This document shows, in pieces, positions 1 through 10,517 of a stretch of DNA of 64,000 nt (position 1 is its first letter; each line of letters opens with the position of its first letter). A model generated the notes under the pieces. That model was not told the origin of the DNA, ran no database searches, and was given only the letters and a program-made list of their open reading frames with translations. Source of the DNA: Candidatus Bathyarchaeota archaeon (lineage in GTDB: Archaea > Thermoproteota > Bathyarchaeia > Bathyarchaeales > Bathycorpusculaceae); assembly GCA_963715865.1 (NCBI GenBank), contig OY970280.1:864001-928000 (forward strand), given 5' to 3'. A program made the translations under genes and the position numbers.

Positions 1-1059
1 TTATCTTTTAAAATAGGCTCTGCATGGGGCATTCCAATTGAGCTGCACCTTACATTTATCCTGTTAATAATAGCGGTGTTTATTCTTTTTTATCCTCAAA
101 TCTACTCTTTTGTCCTCATACTATTCCTGTTTGTTTTCGTAGTTTTCCATGAGCTTGCGCACTCAGTTGTTGCAAGACGCTACGGGATTAAGGTTCGTAA
201 AATTATTCTTTACCCAATCGGCGGCGTGTCAGAAATAGAGGAAATTCCCGAAAACCCCTCAATAGAATGGCGAATGGCAATCGCTGGACCAGTCACAAGC
301 TTAATACTTGGAGGCGCCTTTCTGGGCATAAACCAGTTCATATCAATACAAATACCGTTATCCACGGTTTCGTCCTCAATACTTTATTCGGGAAACCTGC
401 TGCTTGACTTAGGATTCCTAAACCTGTTCCTCGGCGCATTCAACTTAATCCCAGCTTTTCCCATGGACGGCGGCAGAGTTTTCAGGGCTTTGCTGGCTGA
501 ACGGATGAAGTTTTCTGATGCTACAAAATACGCCGCTTATATCGGCAGAATATTTGGCATTTTGATGGCTGTGGTGGGAGTTTTATTTAATTTTTGGTTA
601 ATAATAATCGGCGTCTTCGTTTACATAGGTGCCAGTGAAGAAGCAGAGCAAACAATAGTCTCCACGACTTTAGCGAGTGTTCGAGTTAAAGATGTCATGC
701 AATCTGAGGTGGGCGCGGTTCACCCTGACCAAACCATCGCTGAGACCTTGGAAGTTATGTTCAAATCCAGATATCATGATGCACTTGTCGAGAAAGATGG
801 CGTTTTTCAAGGCGTGGTTATTTGGAATGAAATAATCAAGGTTGCACCAGAGCAACGTAATAACCTGAAGGTTGAGCAGATGCCCCTAAAGAACATTTCA
901 ACCTATCCGGATGAAGCAGTTCTTGAAGTATACAAACTTATGACTAAAGAAAAAATTGACCTGGTACCTGTTGTTGATAGGGAAACGCCTACAAAAGTGA
1001 TAGGTGTCCTGACAAGTGAAGCTATAGCGAATGCTTATGAGAAAGCTAGGAATCGTTAA
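1..1059 (+). CDS. Site-2 protease (M50 family Zn metalloprotease) with C-terminal CBS pair; 5' partial
   Basis: HELAH and NLIPAFPMDGGR motifs, TM segments, CBS domains; frame is open back to base 1 (LSFKIGSAWGIPIELH). Confidence 0.92.
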   Translation, partial: LSFKIGSAWGIPIELHLTFILLIIAVFILFYPQIYSFVLILFLFVFVVFHELAHSVVARRYGIKVRKIILYPIGGVSEIEEIPENPSIEWRMAIAGPVTSLILGGAFLGINQFISIQIPLSTVSSSILYSGNLLLDLGFLNLFLGAFNLIPAFPMDGGRVFRALLAERMKFSDATKYAAYIGRIFGILMAVVGVLFNFWLIIIGVFVYIGASEEAEQTIVSTTLASVRVKDVMQSEVGAVHPDQTIAETLEVMFKSRYHDALVEKDGVFQGVVIWNEIIKVAPEQRNNLKVEQMPLKNISTYPDEAVLEVYKLMTKEKIDLVPVVDRETPTKVIGVLTSEAIANAYEKARNR

Positions 1060-1501
1060 AAGCACTAACATTTGTTATACTGTTTGAGAATCTTATGTAT
1101 TACTACACAATACTTTTATGCTGTACAGACAAACTAAAGTCAAGACCTTTGCAACCAAAAAAGTCCACCCATGGAAGAGGTTCACGTGGATCAGGGCAAG
1201 TATAAAATGAAAAGCAAACCAATTGAGCTATTAAAAGTTGGATCGTGAGCAACAATCAGCTTGAACGATTCAATACAGAGGGCGAGGGGGTTAGCTCAAA
1301 TTACTGCTTTTCGCAATTTGCCATGAAACCACAAGAACCTCTTCCATCAGCCCAATCACGAGATGATGTTAATAACAAACTTTCTCAGACCGACTTTGAA
1401 AAGAGTATGTAATTTCTGCCATAGACAAATCCTATTATCCCAAAAATGACCATCTTATCCTACATCTAAATCTAACAGTCAATTGAAAATGTGAAAACGG
1501 A

Positions 1502-2074
1502 GTGAAAAATTTGGGAACAGAAATTCGCACCTTCACCTCACTAAAAGAATTAGCAGAATTCCTAGCAAACCAAACTCTACAGTATCGATCATTATTTGAA
1601 GATTACAGCCAATGGCTAGGCACATTACTGCGAGACTTCGAAGGCGCCCACAAAAACGAAGAATGGTACCAAAAATCAGCAGCCCTGCAAAAAAACCTGC
1701 GCAGTCAATCAAAGAAACCTCCAGAAACAGCAGAAAAAGGAAAAAAGGGTGCCAAGGGAAAAGAAGAAGCCTCATGCTGGGTTCAATCAGGCGACATCCC
1801 TATTTCATTTACTGAACAAGGACAAACAGAAATCTTGTTTGAAGCCATTGAAAAAATAAACACTAAAATTCAGGAAAATGAGAAATTTAAGACAACCGTC
1901 CAACAACTTGCACGTTTAGGATTAGGAACAACCGTCAACTACATAGTTTACATTGAAGAGGACATTCCGAAAAAAATTGTGTTAAAACCAAAAGCCAGCA
2001 ATAAAGGAGATGAAGCTTTCAAGTTCATGGCAGAGCTTTCTGTGCCAGCATTCTATAGCTGTGATAAACCATAA
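1502..2074 (+). CDS. Hypothetical protein
   Basis: 190-aa ORF with normal composition, GTG start; no motif recognised. Confidence 0.7.
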   Translation: MKNLGTEIRTFTSLKELAEFLANQTLQYRSLFEDYSQWLGTLLRDFEGAHKNEEWYQKSAALQKNLRSQSKKPPETAEKGKKGAKGKEEASCWVQSGDIPISFTEQGQTEILFEAIEKINTKIQENEKFKTTVQQLARLGLGTTVNYIVYIEEDIPKKIVLKPKASNKGDEAFKFMAELSVPAFYSCDKP

Positions 2075-2145
2075 ACCCTAACTTACCATTCTAATGGTGG
2101 TCAGATGCTGGCTGCATACAAAAGTTAAATATTAAAACTAACTGA

Positions 2146-2688
2146 AATGATGTAAGAGGGGAATCAGCCGTAAATCCACAGTATTCTGTCTCCGGAGTCA
2201 TCGTTTCCATCAGTCTCAATAGTTTACAGGCTGAACGAACTGGTGAATATCTCTCAACAGAAGAACTGTTTTTTGATGTGAACGCAAAGCTGGAAGAACA
2301 AAAAAAAGGCACTAACCAAATAACTCTCAACTTCGAGTTGGCGATTTCCACCAAGCCAAACGTTGTTAAATACAACACCACAGGCTCCGTAACTCTGGCT
2401 GGCAAACCAGACGACATCAAGAAAAAACTAGAAGTTAACCCTAAAACAAAAATTCCCCAAATACTCTTCACCATCTACCAGCACGTCTTCAACTCAATCT
2501 ACATGCTATCAGCCAACCTAAATACACCATATCCACCGCCAGACCTTCTTCATCCAATGGCAGAAAAAATCCAGATCCTATCAAGCACACCCCAAAGTCA
2601 ATCGCCGCCAGAAAAACCTGAAGCTCCAGCAGCAGCACCTGCGGCTTCTCCTGCGCAACCGGCAGATAAACAAGCGGCAAATAAGTAA
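2146..2688 (+). CDS. Conserved-looking hypothetical protein (beta-rich, ends LNTPYPPP plus Pro/Ala tail)
   Basis: Frame open from 2146, first canonical start at 2278; upstream part reads as plausible protein. Confidence 0.6.
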   Translation, partial: NDVRGESAVNPQYSVSGVIVSISLNSLQAERTGEYLSTEELFFDVNAKLEEQKKGTNQITLNFELAISTKPNVVKYNTTGSVTLAGKPDDIKKKLEVNPKTKIPQILFTIYQHVFNSIYMLSANLNTPYPPPDLLHPMAEKIQILSSTPQSQSPPEKPEAPAAAPAASPAQPADKQAANK

Positions 2689-2866
2689 ATTAATGAAAAA
2701 CCAAAAATTTGCTGATTGCTTGAATCTTACTCGGAAGAGCTAAAGTAACACAAATAACAATCATTCAGTCTTTTTTTGGACATATTCTCAAAAGGAAATA
2801 ATTAGAAAACAAGAATAACGTATTATAAGTTTTTCCGACAAAATAGGTATCGGGAAGGAGAAGACT

Positions 2867-3085
2867 TTGGAAACAACAGTAACCAGTTTACTTTTGGTAA
2901 CAGCAGCTGTGGTGCTTGCTTGCGTAGTTGTTAATTACGCTGTAAATATAGTGCAACAGGTTGCTAATAATGATAATATGCCTCAGCTTGACAGAATAAA
3001 AAGTATTGAAAACAACCTTCTGAACCAGACTGATCAATTATTTAATGAAACCCAACCGCAACTGCCAAGCATACCGTCGCCATAA
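2867..3085 (+). CDS. Small membrane protein with pilin/archaellin-like N-terminal hydrophobic helix
   Basis: METTVTSLLLVTAAVVLACVVVNYAV; GGAG RBS upstream of TTG. Confidence 0.5.
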   Translation: METTVTSLLLVTAAVVLACVVVNYAVNIVQQVANNDNMPQLDRIKSIENNLLNQTDQLFNETQPQLPSIPSP

Positions 3086-3218
3086 ACTACCGCTTTTCTT
3101 CTAGTATAGTACTGGAGTGAAAGGCTTTTTCGAAGTGGAGCCTCTGTTAATTGGAAATACTGTTTCTAAATTCATAAATCCTAAAATGTTGAAGCGCCAA
3201 TTCCTCAGAGGAAGACTC

Positions 3219-3548
3219 ATGTCGACTACTCCAGCAGAGGTCTCACGGTTCGACGCCGAAAATGCAACAGCCATGACAACTGACTTCCTGAAAAGGTTAG
3301 GGTACAAGGGAAATTGGTTGCCAATGAAAGTTGCTCTTGATGGAGAATTATACGTTGTCGAAATGATGTTTCAAAAGTTAACGGCTAAAGTGCAGATAAA
3401 TTCTAAAACCAAAGAAATAAGAGAATACGAATTCCAAGAAGGCGAAGCAGCAACAAACTCGCTATTTAAATCAAAAGGAAAAATAATATTTCTGGTTGCC
3501 GCAATTTCAATAGCTGTTGTTATTGTAAAATTGATGGGCATTTTTTAA
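3219..3548 (+). CDS. Hypothetical protein with C-terminal membrane anchor
   Basis: ATG 3219 preceded by GAGGAAG; C-terminal hydrophobic helix. Confidence 0.65.
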   Translation: MSTTPAEVSRFDAENATAMTTDFLKRLGYKGNWLPMKVALDGELYVVEMMFQKLTAKVQINSKTKEIREYEFQEGEAATNSLFKSKGKIIFLVAAISIAVVIVKLMGIF

Positions 3549-3655
3549 ATTCGCAGATTTTTTCCTACAACCAAGATGCAACCAAAAAAACAATTAAAAG
3601 CAATCAATAGCACCAGCAACAGCTAACCGCAACAAAAAGTAACCTATTTGCAAAA

Positions 3656-3702
3656 TGGTGGGGCTGGAGATCCTTGAACCCAAAAGGGTTCAAAACCTTA
3701 TT
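3656..3702. repeat. tRNA-3'-end-like site with TTGAAC-CCAAAAGG-GTTCAA palindrome
   Basis: TGGTGGGGCTGG (reverse complement of acceptor+CCA); 3674-3702 identical to 22248-22276 (29 bp). Confidence 0.8.
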
Positions 3703-3814
3703 GTTGCCAAGTGGTCTTTTCTCTCAAGCTTCAAATTCAGCGAGTGTAGTGTGGACCGGACCCGGCTTACCCGAAACGGGTATGAACCCTCGCCTAAACT
3801 TGAAGATTTAGTCT

Positions 3815-4501
3815 TTACCTATGCTTTTCTAACAGCATCTTTAGGACATCTTCATCCGTTAAGTCGTACCAGTTCACGTAGGCGTTTGCGACAGCGAATG
3901 ATGGCCCGCTTCTTATGTTGAGGCACACGATCTCATCTACTTCGGGAGCGAGCAGTTCGATAGCGCCTAAGGAAGCTGTGGGCACAGCGACGATTATTTT
4001 TTTAGGTGCTCTCTCCCTCACAGATCTCGCGGCAGCCAGCATAGTAAAGCCCGAGGCCAACCCGTCGTCGACGAGTACCACAACCTTGTCCTTTAAGTCG
4101 GGCATGGGTTTATCTCCCCTGAACTTTCTAAGCCTCTCTTGAATATTTCTCTTGGTCCTCAAGATTGACGTCTCCATCTCTTCTTCTGTCAGGTCTAACT
4201 GCTCAATCAGGCCTTCGTTTAGGACAATTTTGCCATCCCACGTTATCGCGCCAAATCCGGCTTCAGTGTTCCATGGAATTTGAACCTTCCTAACCACCAT
4301 CACATCCATCGGGACAGCGAGTTCCTTCGCGACCGTATAACCCACTGGAACTCCACCGGCAGGCACAGCCAAGACGATTACATTTCCGTTACCAGCGTAT
4401 TCTCGGAGTTTGTAGGCCAAAAGCTTGCCAGCCTGAAACCTGTCCCGAAATACAGATACGCGGTCTCTGTAAGCTGGATTCTCAATGATCTTCGCAGTCA
4501 T
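3815..4501 (-). CDS. Phosphoribosyltransferase-like protein
   Basis: FRDRFQAG N-terminus, VVLVDDGLASGFT PRPP-binding loop. Confidence 0.9.
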   Translation of the reverse strand: MTAKIIENPAYRDRVSVFRDRFQAGKLLAYKLREYAGNGNVIVLAVPAGGVPVGYTVAKELAVPMDVMVVRKVQIPWNTEAGFGAITWDGKIVLNEGLIEQLDLTEEEMETSILRTKRNIQERLRKFRGDKPMPDLKDKVVVLVDDGLASGFTMLAAARSVRERAPKKIIVAVPTASLGAIELLAPEVDEIVCLNIRSGPSFAVANAYVNWYDLTDEDVLKMLLEKHR

Positions 4502-4651
4502 AACCTAAACCTTACAGGGATAAATTATGAACTACACCTGATTTATCCTTACCTTTCAGACTATGCCAGTTGCTGTTGTGACCCGAATCGGATCCAACAA
4601 GCCCTTATATCGCGGAAATCGGAAATGTTCTTGCTAATTCTGGTGGAACAA

Positions 4652-5180
4652 ATGAAAAAAATGTTAATTTTGGTAGAAAACGGCGTAGAGGATTCAGAAT
4701 TCATTTACCCGTACTATCGATTTCGAGAAGAAGGCTACAAGATGGACATTGTTGCGCCCAAAGCGAAGAAGGAGTACATCGGCAAACACGGCGTGCCATT
4801 TACTTCGGAGATTTCACCTAATGAGGTGAATTTGGATGATTACGATGCAGTGATCATTCCCGGCGGTCAAGCCCCTGACCGTATGCGTATCCATCGAGAC
4901 CTAGTGGAAATGGTAAGGGCAGCAAATAGCAAAGGAAAAATTATCGCTGCGGTTTGCCATGGGCCTCAAATGCTTATTGAGGCGGACATTGTTCGAGGAA
5001 AGACAGCTACGAGTTGGCCTTCTGTTAGAACGGATCTGAGAAATGCGGGTTTTAGATGAACCTGCCGTGGTTGATGGAAACATTGTGACTTCGCGCTCTC
5101 CCGATGACTTGCCAGATTTCTGCCGAACAACGATAAAGCTCTTGGCTACTTTACAGAAGGATTCGGAAAAAGACGTCTAA
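4652..5180 (+). pseudogene. pfpI: PfpI/DJ-1 family glutamine amidotransferase-like protease, frameshifted near 5055
   Basis: GVEDSE, IIPGG, AVCHG motifs; C-terminus DEPAVVDGNIVTSRSPDDLP continues in another frame after NAGF. Confidence 0.85.
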
Positions 5181-5578
5181 ATAAAAGAGGAATCTGCGGC
5201 TCAACCATAGAAACGCTAATCGGTGAAGAATGCCATCTGTTTGCAAGCTATTTAAGAGATGAAAAGAAAGAAGGGTTCCAAGAGTAGGAATAACCGTCCA
5301 ACCAAAAATATACTCTCAGATGACCCGATTTCTCGATAAAACTCAATACTCTTAATGAGTAGACGTTTTTTTAGAATATTGTTATCTGAACGCTTTCACT
5401 TTTACCATATACTCTACTGTTGGGCAAGGTAGTTTGGTCATTCATTTATATGAGATTTGAGCCCTAAAGCATGCGTTTATAGATACCTAAAGAAACTACC
5501 ATAGCGCGTTTGATGGTTTTTAGGATTTGTAAAGTTTGTAATTGTTGACGTGCAGTCACAAATAGATATAGAGACGCA

Positions 5579-5977
5579 TTGAACAGTTTCTTAAATGGTT
5601 TTATAATGCTTGAAAGCCATATTGAGGAAAAACAGCGACCTAATTCTTCTGCGGTTGCCCAATCACGTAGAGCTTTGAGCGTTGTCAAATATGATTGTGG
5701 CTTCCATTTTTATATCACCCTTGGAAACTATACAGGGGTAACTGCAACAAGCCTTCAAGACTTAGCTCAAAAAATGCGGACAGTCAGTCTTGATTCTATT
5801 AAGTTCCATTTCGAGCGCGGAGATTTTCAAAGATGGATAAGATATATTTTCTGTGATCCTGAATTGGCAGAACGCATAGGGCTAATCAGCCCTGAGTTTT
5901 CAGCTGAAGATCTCAGAAAGGAGATCATAAATAAAATCGAAAGTCGCTTAATCCAATTGAAAGAGATTGCTAAATAG
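5579..5977 (+). CDS. DUF5752-like protein
   Basis: GFHFY...ATSLQDLAQK...SIKFHFERGDFQRWI pattern. Confidence 0.75.
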   Translation: MNSFLNGFIMLESHIEEKQRPNSSAVAQSRRALSVVKYDCGFHFYITLGNYTGVTATSLQDLAQKMRTVSLDSIKFHFERGDFQRWIRYIFCDPELAERIGLISPEFSAEDLRKEIINKIESRLIQLKEIAK

Positions 5978-6043
5978 ATATGCCGCTCACGATGAGTTAG
6001 CCGTAGAAGGCATATATGGACTGTTGATTTAATCTGGCTTAAG

Positions 6044-7300
6044 TCAGAGCTTGGAAAGCCTAACCGATAAAAAGGGAATGATCATTTCTTCGCTTGTCAT
6101 GCCTCCATGCGTTCCTAACTGTTGATGAACCCTATCATCTTCAAAGAAAGGATACTGCAAAGCGTTTTGCCTAGTGCCTAAAGCTGTAAAGTCTCCAACT
6201 TTTTCCTTTAGCCCTTCAGGATCCATCGGTTGCCCGAAGGCACCCTTATCGATTAATTCATTAGAGGAAAAAAGCTTGAACCCTTCAATGTTCTTTTTGA
6301 AGGCATCTGGAAAAGACTTGAGTTGACCTGGCTTTGAAAAAAGAAAAGTTGCTCTGCTATCACCAACTGGAGGCAGCATCAGTCGCGCCATTACTTCACT
6401 AGCATCCTTTAAGAAGTATGTTTTTCGTGTTTCCGCTACTCCATGGTCAGCCGTCAAGAGCATTAACGTTTCCTTCTTTGTCTTCGCTGAGAGTCCGCTA
6501 ATAAAATTCCTAATATCATGTTCTAAAGAGGTTAATTCAAAAGTTACCTCTTCTGAGTATGGCCCATATCTATGCGCAAGAGTATCAATCCCACTATAAT
6601 ACATTACAAGTAAAACGGGCTCTTGCTGTTCGAGCGCCTTCCTTGATCGCACTAGCATGTCAGACCCCAACAGGTAAGGTATCAACTTTTGGTCTTTATG
6701 TATAACCTGAGACAACCCGCTTCCAGCAATCGATGCTTTAGTCGCAACTAACGTTTTAACACCATTTTGTTCCAGACGGGGTAGCCATGGCTTGATATTT
6801 TGCGAGTAGTCTTTAGCTAAATCAACTTGGCCACTGTAACCATAAACTGGCCTCATATTCAAAGTATCGAAAACCAAGCCGTATTTTTTAGAGAACATGT
6901 GATAGCCAAGTATTTGATGTTGCGCAGGTGACAGACCGGTGAATATGCTTGCTAAGACAGTTGAAGTTGTCGAGGGAAAAACTGTAGTTAAAGGTTTAAG
7001 AGTACCTTTCTCAGCCAACTCCATGAAAGTTCCGTCATGGCTGTTTAGATGAGAAAGAAAACGCTTATACCCCAACCCATCCAAAATAAGTAAAACAAGT
7101 TTCTTGACGTCTTGTAAATCATCAAAATAATCATTAGGAAAACTTGGCGCGCCATGAGAGGTTATACCAAAAATTGCTCCAATTTGAGGCAAAATATTCT
7201 TAACATTAAGCCTTTGATAGTCAGGCAAAACAAAATCTTCATCAAAAGACCGCTCCCTTGAGAGAATTTCCATTTGCTCTTTAAAAATATCAGTTCTCAT
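6044..7300 (-). CDS. Alkaline phosphatase superfamily / nucleotide pyrophosphatase-phosphodiesterase
   Basis: LILDGLG, TVFPSTT, DTLAH, TADHG, HGG metal-binding motifs. Confidence 0.9.
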   Translation of the reverse strand: MRTDIFKEQMEILSRERSFDEDFVLPDYQRLNVKNILPQIGAIFGITSHGAPSFPNDYFDDLQDVKKLVLLILDGLGYKRFLSHLNSHDGTFMELAEKGTLKPLTTVFPSTTSTVLASIFTGLSPAQHQILGYHMFSKKYGLVFDTLNMRPVYGYSGQVDLAKDYSQNIKPWLPRLEQNGVKTLVATKASIAGSGLSQVIHKDQKLIPYLLGSDMLVRSRKALEQQEPVLLVMYYSGIDTLAHRYGPYSEEVTFELTSLEHDIRNFISGLSAKTKKETLMLLTADHGVAETRKTYFLKDASEVMARLMLPPVGDSRATFLFSKPGQLKSFPDAFKKNIEGFKLFSSNELIDKGAFGQPMDPEGLKEKVGDFTALGTRQNALQYPFFEDDRVHQQLGTHGGMTSEEMIIPFLSVRLSKL

Positions 7301-7325
7301 TAAGCTCTATCAAAATAATAATCCG

Positions 7326-7699
7326 TTAAGGAATATTAACTTTGAACTCGTCAAAGCGAGCTCTCACTTGTTTAACAATAAAATCTCTTAAGGCTTCTCC
7401 TTTCAAAGTGGTTCTTCCCCTTATGCTTAACAAGCCAAAACAGAGTCTTCCAGTGTATCTCTTGCCCATCTTTCAAAGTCTCAACGATAATAATGAAAAG
7501 CCAGCGATAGATTATCGATTTTTTCTATTGCCTTAGCAAAATCTGCCAAGCTATTCGCTTTTTCCCCAATTGCGTGTCCTATGGCTTTGTAGAAATAGAA
7601 GCTTTCTTGATCAGAGAGTGTTCGTAAAACCTTGTTAACGTCAACCTGAAATGGTACTTGTTCGCCGCCACAAGATTCCAGAACTGGAAATTGACTCAT
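7326..7699 (-). pseudogene. DUF5752-like pseudogene
   Basis: SFYFY..ANSLADF..FHYYR*DFERW: in-frame TGA where the paralog at 5579 has G; later frameshift. Confidence 0.7.
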
Positions 7700-7838
7700 A
7701 ACAACATCCACCAAAAAAGCAGTCATCAAAAAGAACATACTAGCATTTGTGGCTACACAAACACACCAACATACACTCATAACACTAAGAAAAATTACCA
7801 AAGACATAGCCTTTTCAAAACTTGGCAGTGGATAGTGC

Positions 7839-8033
7839 TTGTTAGATAATAATGCATACAACCTACTAATGCAACTAACGCAGGAGCACAAGATGCTCTG
7901 GCGAATAAAAAACAGTTACAGAAAGATGCCAAAGCTTGCTCTGAATGCAAAGAATTTTGGGCTAAAACTCGAAAAGGAAGGAGAAGAACGCAATGAACGC
8001 CTCGAACAACTCCTAAAGCCACACATCAAATAG
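7839..8033 (+). CDS. Small helical protein (possible ferritin-like fold) with apparent compensated double frameshift
   Basis: MLDNNAYNLLMQLTQEHKMLWRIK; alternate frame in the middle gives DAKACSECKEFWAK. Confidence 0.55.
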   Translation: MLDNNAYNLLMQLTQEHKMLWRIKNSYRKMPKLALNAKNFGLKLEKEGEERNERLEQLLKPHIK

Positions 8034-8089
8034 CCCAAACAAAGCGATTGCTTACACTCTGTTAATTCTAATCTATAGGAGGTGGAAAA

Positions 8090-8641
8090 TTGACTGAAGA
8101 AAAAAAGAAAATGTACTACTACTATGGCGGCAAAGAAAAGAAAGCCGGTGAAATAAGAAAGCGAGAAGAAGAGATAGTTCCGTACTCTTTCCAACGAGAC
8201 TTTGACAGGATGATGGAAAGGTTCCAACGTGAATTTAATGACTTATGGCAAGGGCCTCCAAAAATGAGGCATTGGATACAGTGGAAACACGGATTTCCTA
8301 TGATGCCTTTCGGGCAAACAATGATGCCATCTGTTGATATAGAAGACCGCGGAAAAGATTTCCGGTTGACTGTTGACCTGCCTGGCTTCAGTAAGGAGAA
8401 TGTTGAAATTGAAGTTGCCGAAGACGCGATCATGATTCACGCTAAAAAAACTATGGCAGAAGAAGAGAAACAGAAAAACTATGTCCGCAAAGAAAGAGCC
8501 GCTCAAACATATTACAGAAGAATTGAGCTGCCTGAAAAGGTGCGCTCAGACGATGCAAAAGCAAGCTTGAACAACGGTGTACTTGAGATTGTCTTGCCAA
8601 AGAAAGAGCCTAAGGAAACCAAAAAACTAATCCCAGTGTAA
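8090..8641 (+). CDS. hsp20: Small heat shock protein Hsp20
   Basis: Alpha-crystallin domain: VDLPGF, ASLNNGVLEIVLPK. Confidence 0.93.
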   Translation: MTEEKKKMYYYYGGKEKKAGEIRKREEEIVPYSFQRDFDRMMERFQREFNDLWQGPPKMRHWIQWKHGFPMMPFGQTMMPSVDIEDRGKDFRLTVDLPGFSKENVEIEVAEDAIMIHAKKTMAEEEKQKNYVRKERAAQTYYRRIELPEKVRSDDAKASLNNGVLEIVLPKKEPKETKKLIPV

Positions 8642-8782
8642 ACAAAAAAGAGATCGTTCAACCTATCAAGGTTTTCCTTTTTTTTCAACCCTTGTAAGTG
8701 CTTAATAGCAACCACTTAGTCTTAAGAAATCTAAACGACAAACTAACTTTATTACCAAATTATTTAACTAACATCACACTAA

Positions 8783-9798
8783 ATGTTATTACGGTGTGCT
8801 TTTTTTGAGGTTCAAAACTGGAGCGGTCTTTTCTTGAAGAAGGGTTAGCGGACTGTGGCATTCGCCTGTTTAAAGAGGCATTGAACGGGGCAAACGTTGA
8901 TCAAGTTAAGGATTTTGAAGTCGTCTCAGTGTTCATTTACTCCAACCTAAACAGAAGTACTATTGATAAGCTAACTAAAGCCCGTTTAATCGCTACTCGC
9001 TCAACAGGCTTCGATCACATTGACCTTCAAGCTTGCAAGAGCAGAGGAATTTTAGTTTGCAATGTTCCTCTTTACGGTGAGGTCACGGTTGCTGAGCACA
9101 CGTTTGCTTTGATTCTTTCCCTATCACGGATGATTCATGATTCCTACCAGAGGACTCGTCAGGGAGACTTTACATGCGAAGGTGTTCGAGGCTTTGATTT
9201 AAACGGCAAAACCCTTGGCGTGCTGGGGACAGGGAGGATTGGCTCTAAAGTGATTGAGATTGCCAAGGGCTTTAAAATGAAGGTTTTGGCTTTTGACAGG
9301 TTTCCAAACTGGAATTTGGTAGATGCATTAGGATTTGAATACACGGAATGGCCGGATTTGCTGTCACAGTCGGATATAGTTACCCTTCATTTGCCATTCA
9401 ACAAAGACACATATCACTTTTTGAACAAGGATACAATCAGCCGCATGAAAAAAGGCGCCATCGTAATCAACACTGCAAGAGGAGGACTCATTGATACTCA
9501 AGCCCTTACTGAAGCACTGTTAAACGGTCACCTTGGAGGTGCTGGCTTGGACGTTTTAGAGGAAGAAGCGCTCATTCGTGAAGAGGCTCAGCTCCTTTTG
9601 GATAATGTTCCAAGGGAACGGTTAGCAACGATGCTGCGCGCGCACATTCTTTTGACTTTCAAAAACGTTATCATAACGCCACACTGCGCATTCAACAGCA
9701 AGGAATCATTGGAGAGGCTCGTTAATGCCACCATTGAAAACATTAAAGCCTTCATTGATGATAAACCGCAAAACTTAGTAAGACAATTACCTTCTTAA
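8783..9798 (+). pseudogene. D-2-hydroxyacid dehydrogenase with -1 frameshift near 8820
   Basis: RSTGFDHID, GTGRIG, INTARG, TPHCAF motifs; N-terminus MLLRCAFFEVQNW lies in a different frame from ERSFLEEG. Confidence 0.85.
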
Positions 9799-10133
9799 GC
9801 CGAAAAATAAAAACATTCGCAGACAAAGAAAAACCCTTGATTAAGGCATTAATTAAGATAAAAAGCAAAAATAAAGAGCTTAAGCTAGGCATACTTTATG
9901 CGATAGATAAAGAGACTAATGGAGGCTTCTTCACACAGAATAAACTTCTGGAAATAATCTGCAAGTAAATTGGTTGTTTCGATGGCTGAAGAGACGTAGA
10001 AGAGCGTTTTTTCGGCTGGGTTTGCCTTGCTCCTTGCCGTCAATGCGAGAAATAATAGATCAAAACCCATCTGGTTAACAAATCACCAATAATCTTTAAT
10101 CGAGAGATTGAAAAAAATAAGGATATATTTGTC

Positions 10134-10394
10134 TTAGTGGTCAATTATCATAAGTGTTAGTGAGCTGGTTACGCCGGCTATCTGTCTTATTCGTAATTTA
10201 ATTATGTCTTTTAGCTTGTCAATGGTTTGGGCTTTGATTTTGATTATGAGGTCGTAGACGCCGTATAAGCCATGGGCCTCTTCTACTCCCTCAATATGTT
10301 TTAGACTTTCTATTACTTCATCTTGGGATGACCCTAATTCCGTATTTACTAACACTACTGCAGATATCATGCATTTTTCCTCTTTGTTTCGCAT
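10134..10394 (-). CDS. Lrp/AsnC ligand-binding domain protein
   Basis: AVVLVNTELG, GVYDLIIKI, VTSSLTL. Confidence 0.88.
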   Translation of the reverse strand: MRNKEEKCMISAVVLVNTELGSSQDEVIESLKHIEGVEEAHGLYGVYDLIIKIKAQTIDKLKDIIKLRIRQIAGVTSSLTLMIIDH

Positions 10395-10517
10395 CTACTC
10401 GCGACAAGATAGTTAAGAGTGTGTTGTTGCACAACAGCAGTCACATGCTTTCTTATTTCTCAATGATCCTTATGCATGATTTAACTAAAAAATAACACAA
10501 AAAGGAGGAGTGGTTGA

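Noticed and set aside
1060-1500. Long intergenic region as ncRNA or pseudogene
   Set aside because: No convincing structure or protein motif in any frame examined
4280-4651. N-terminal extension of the PfpI ORF
   Set aside because: Antisense to the PRTase gene; PfpI homology starts at ATG 4652
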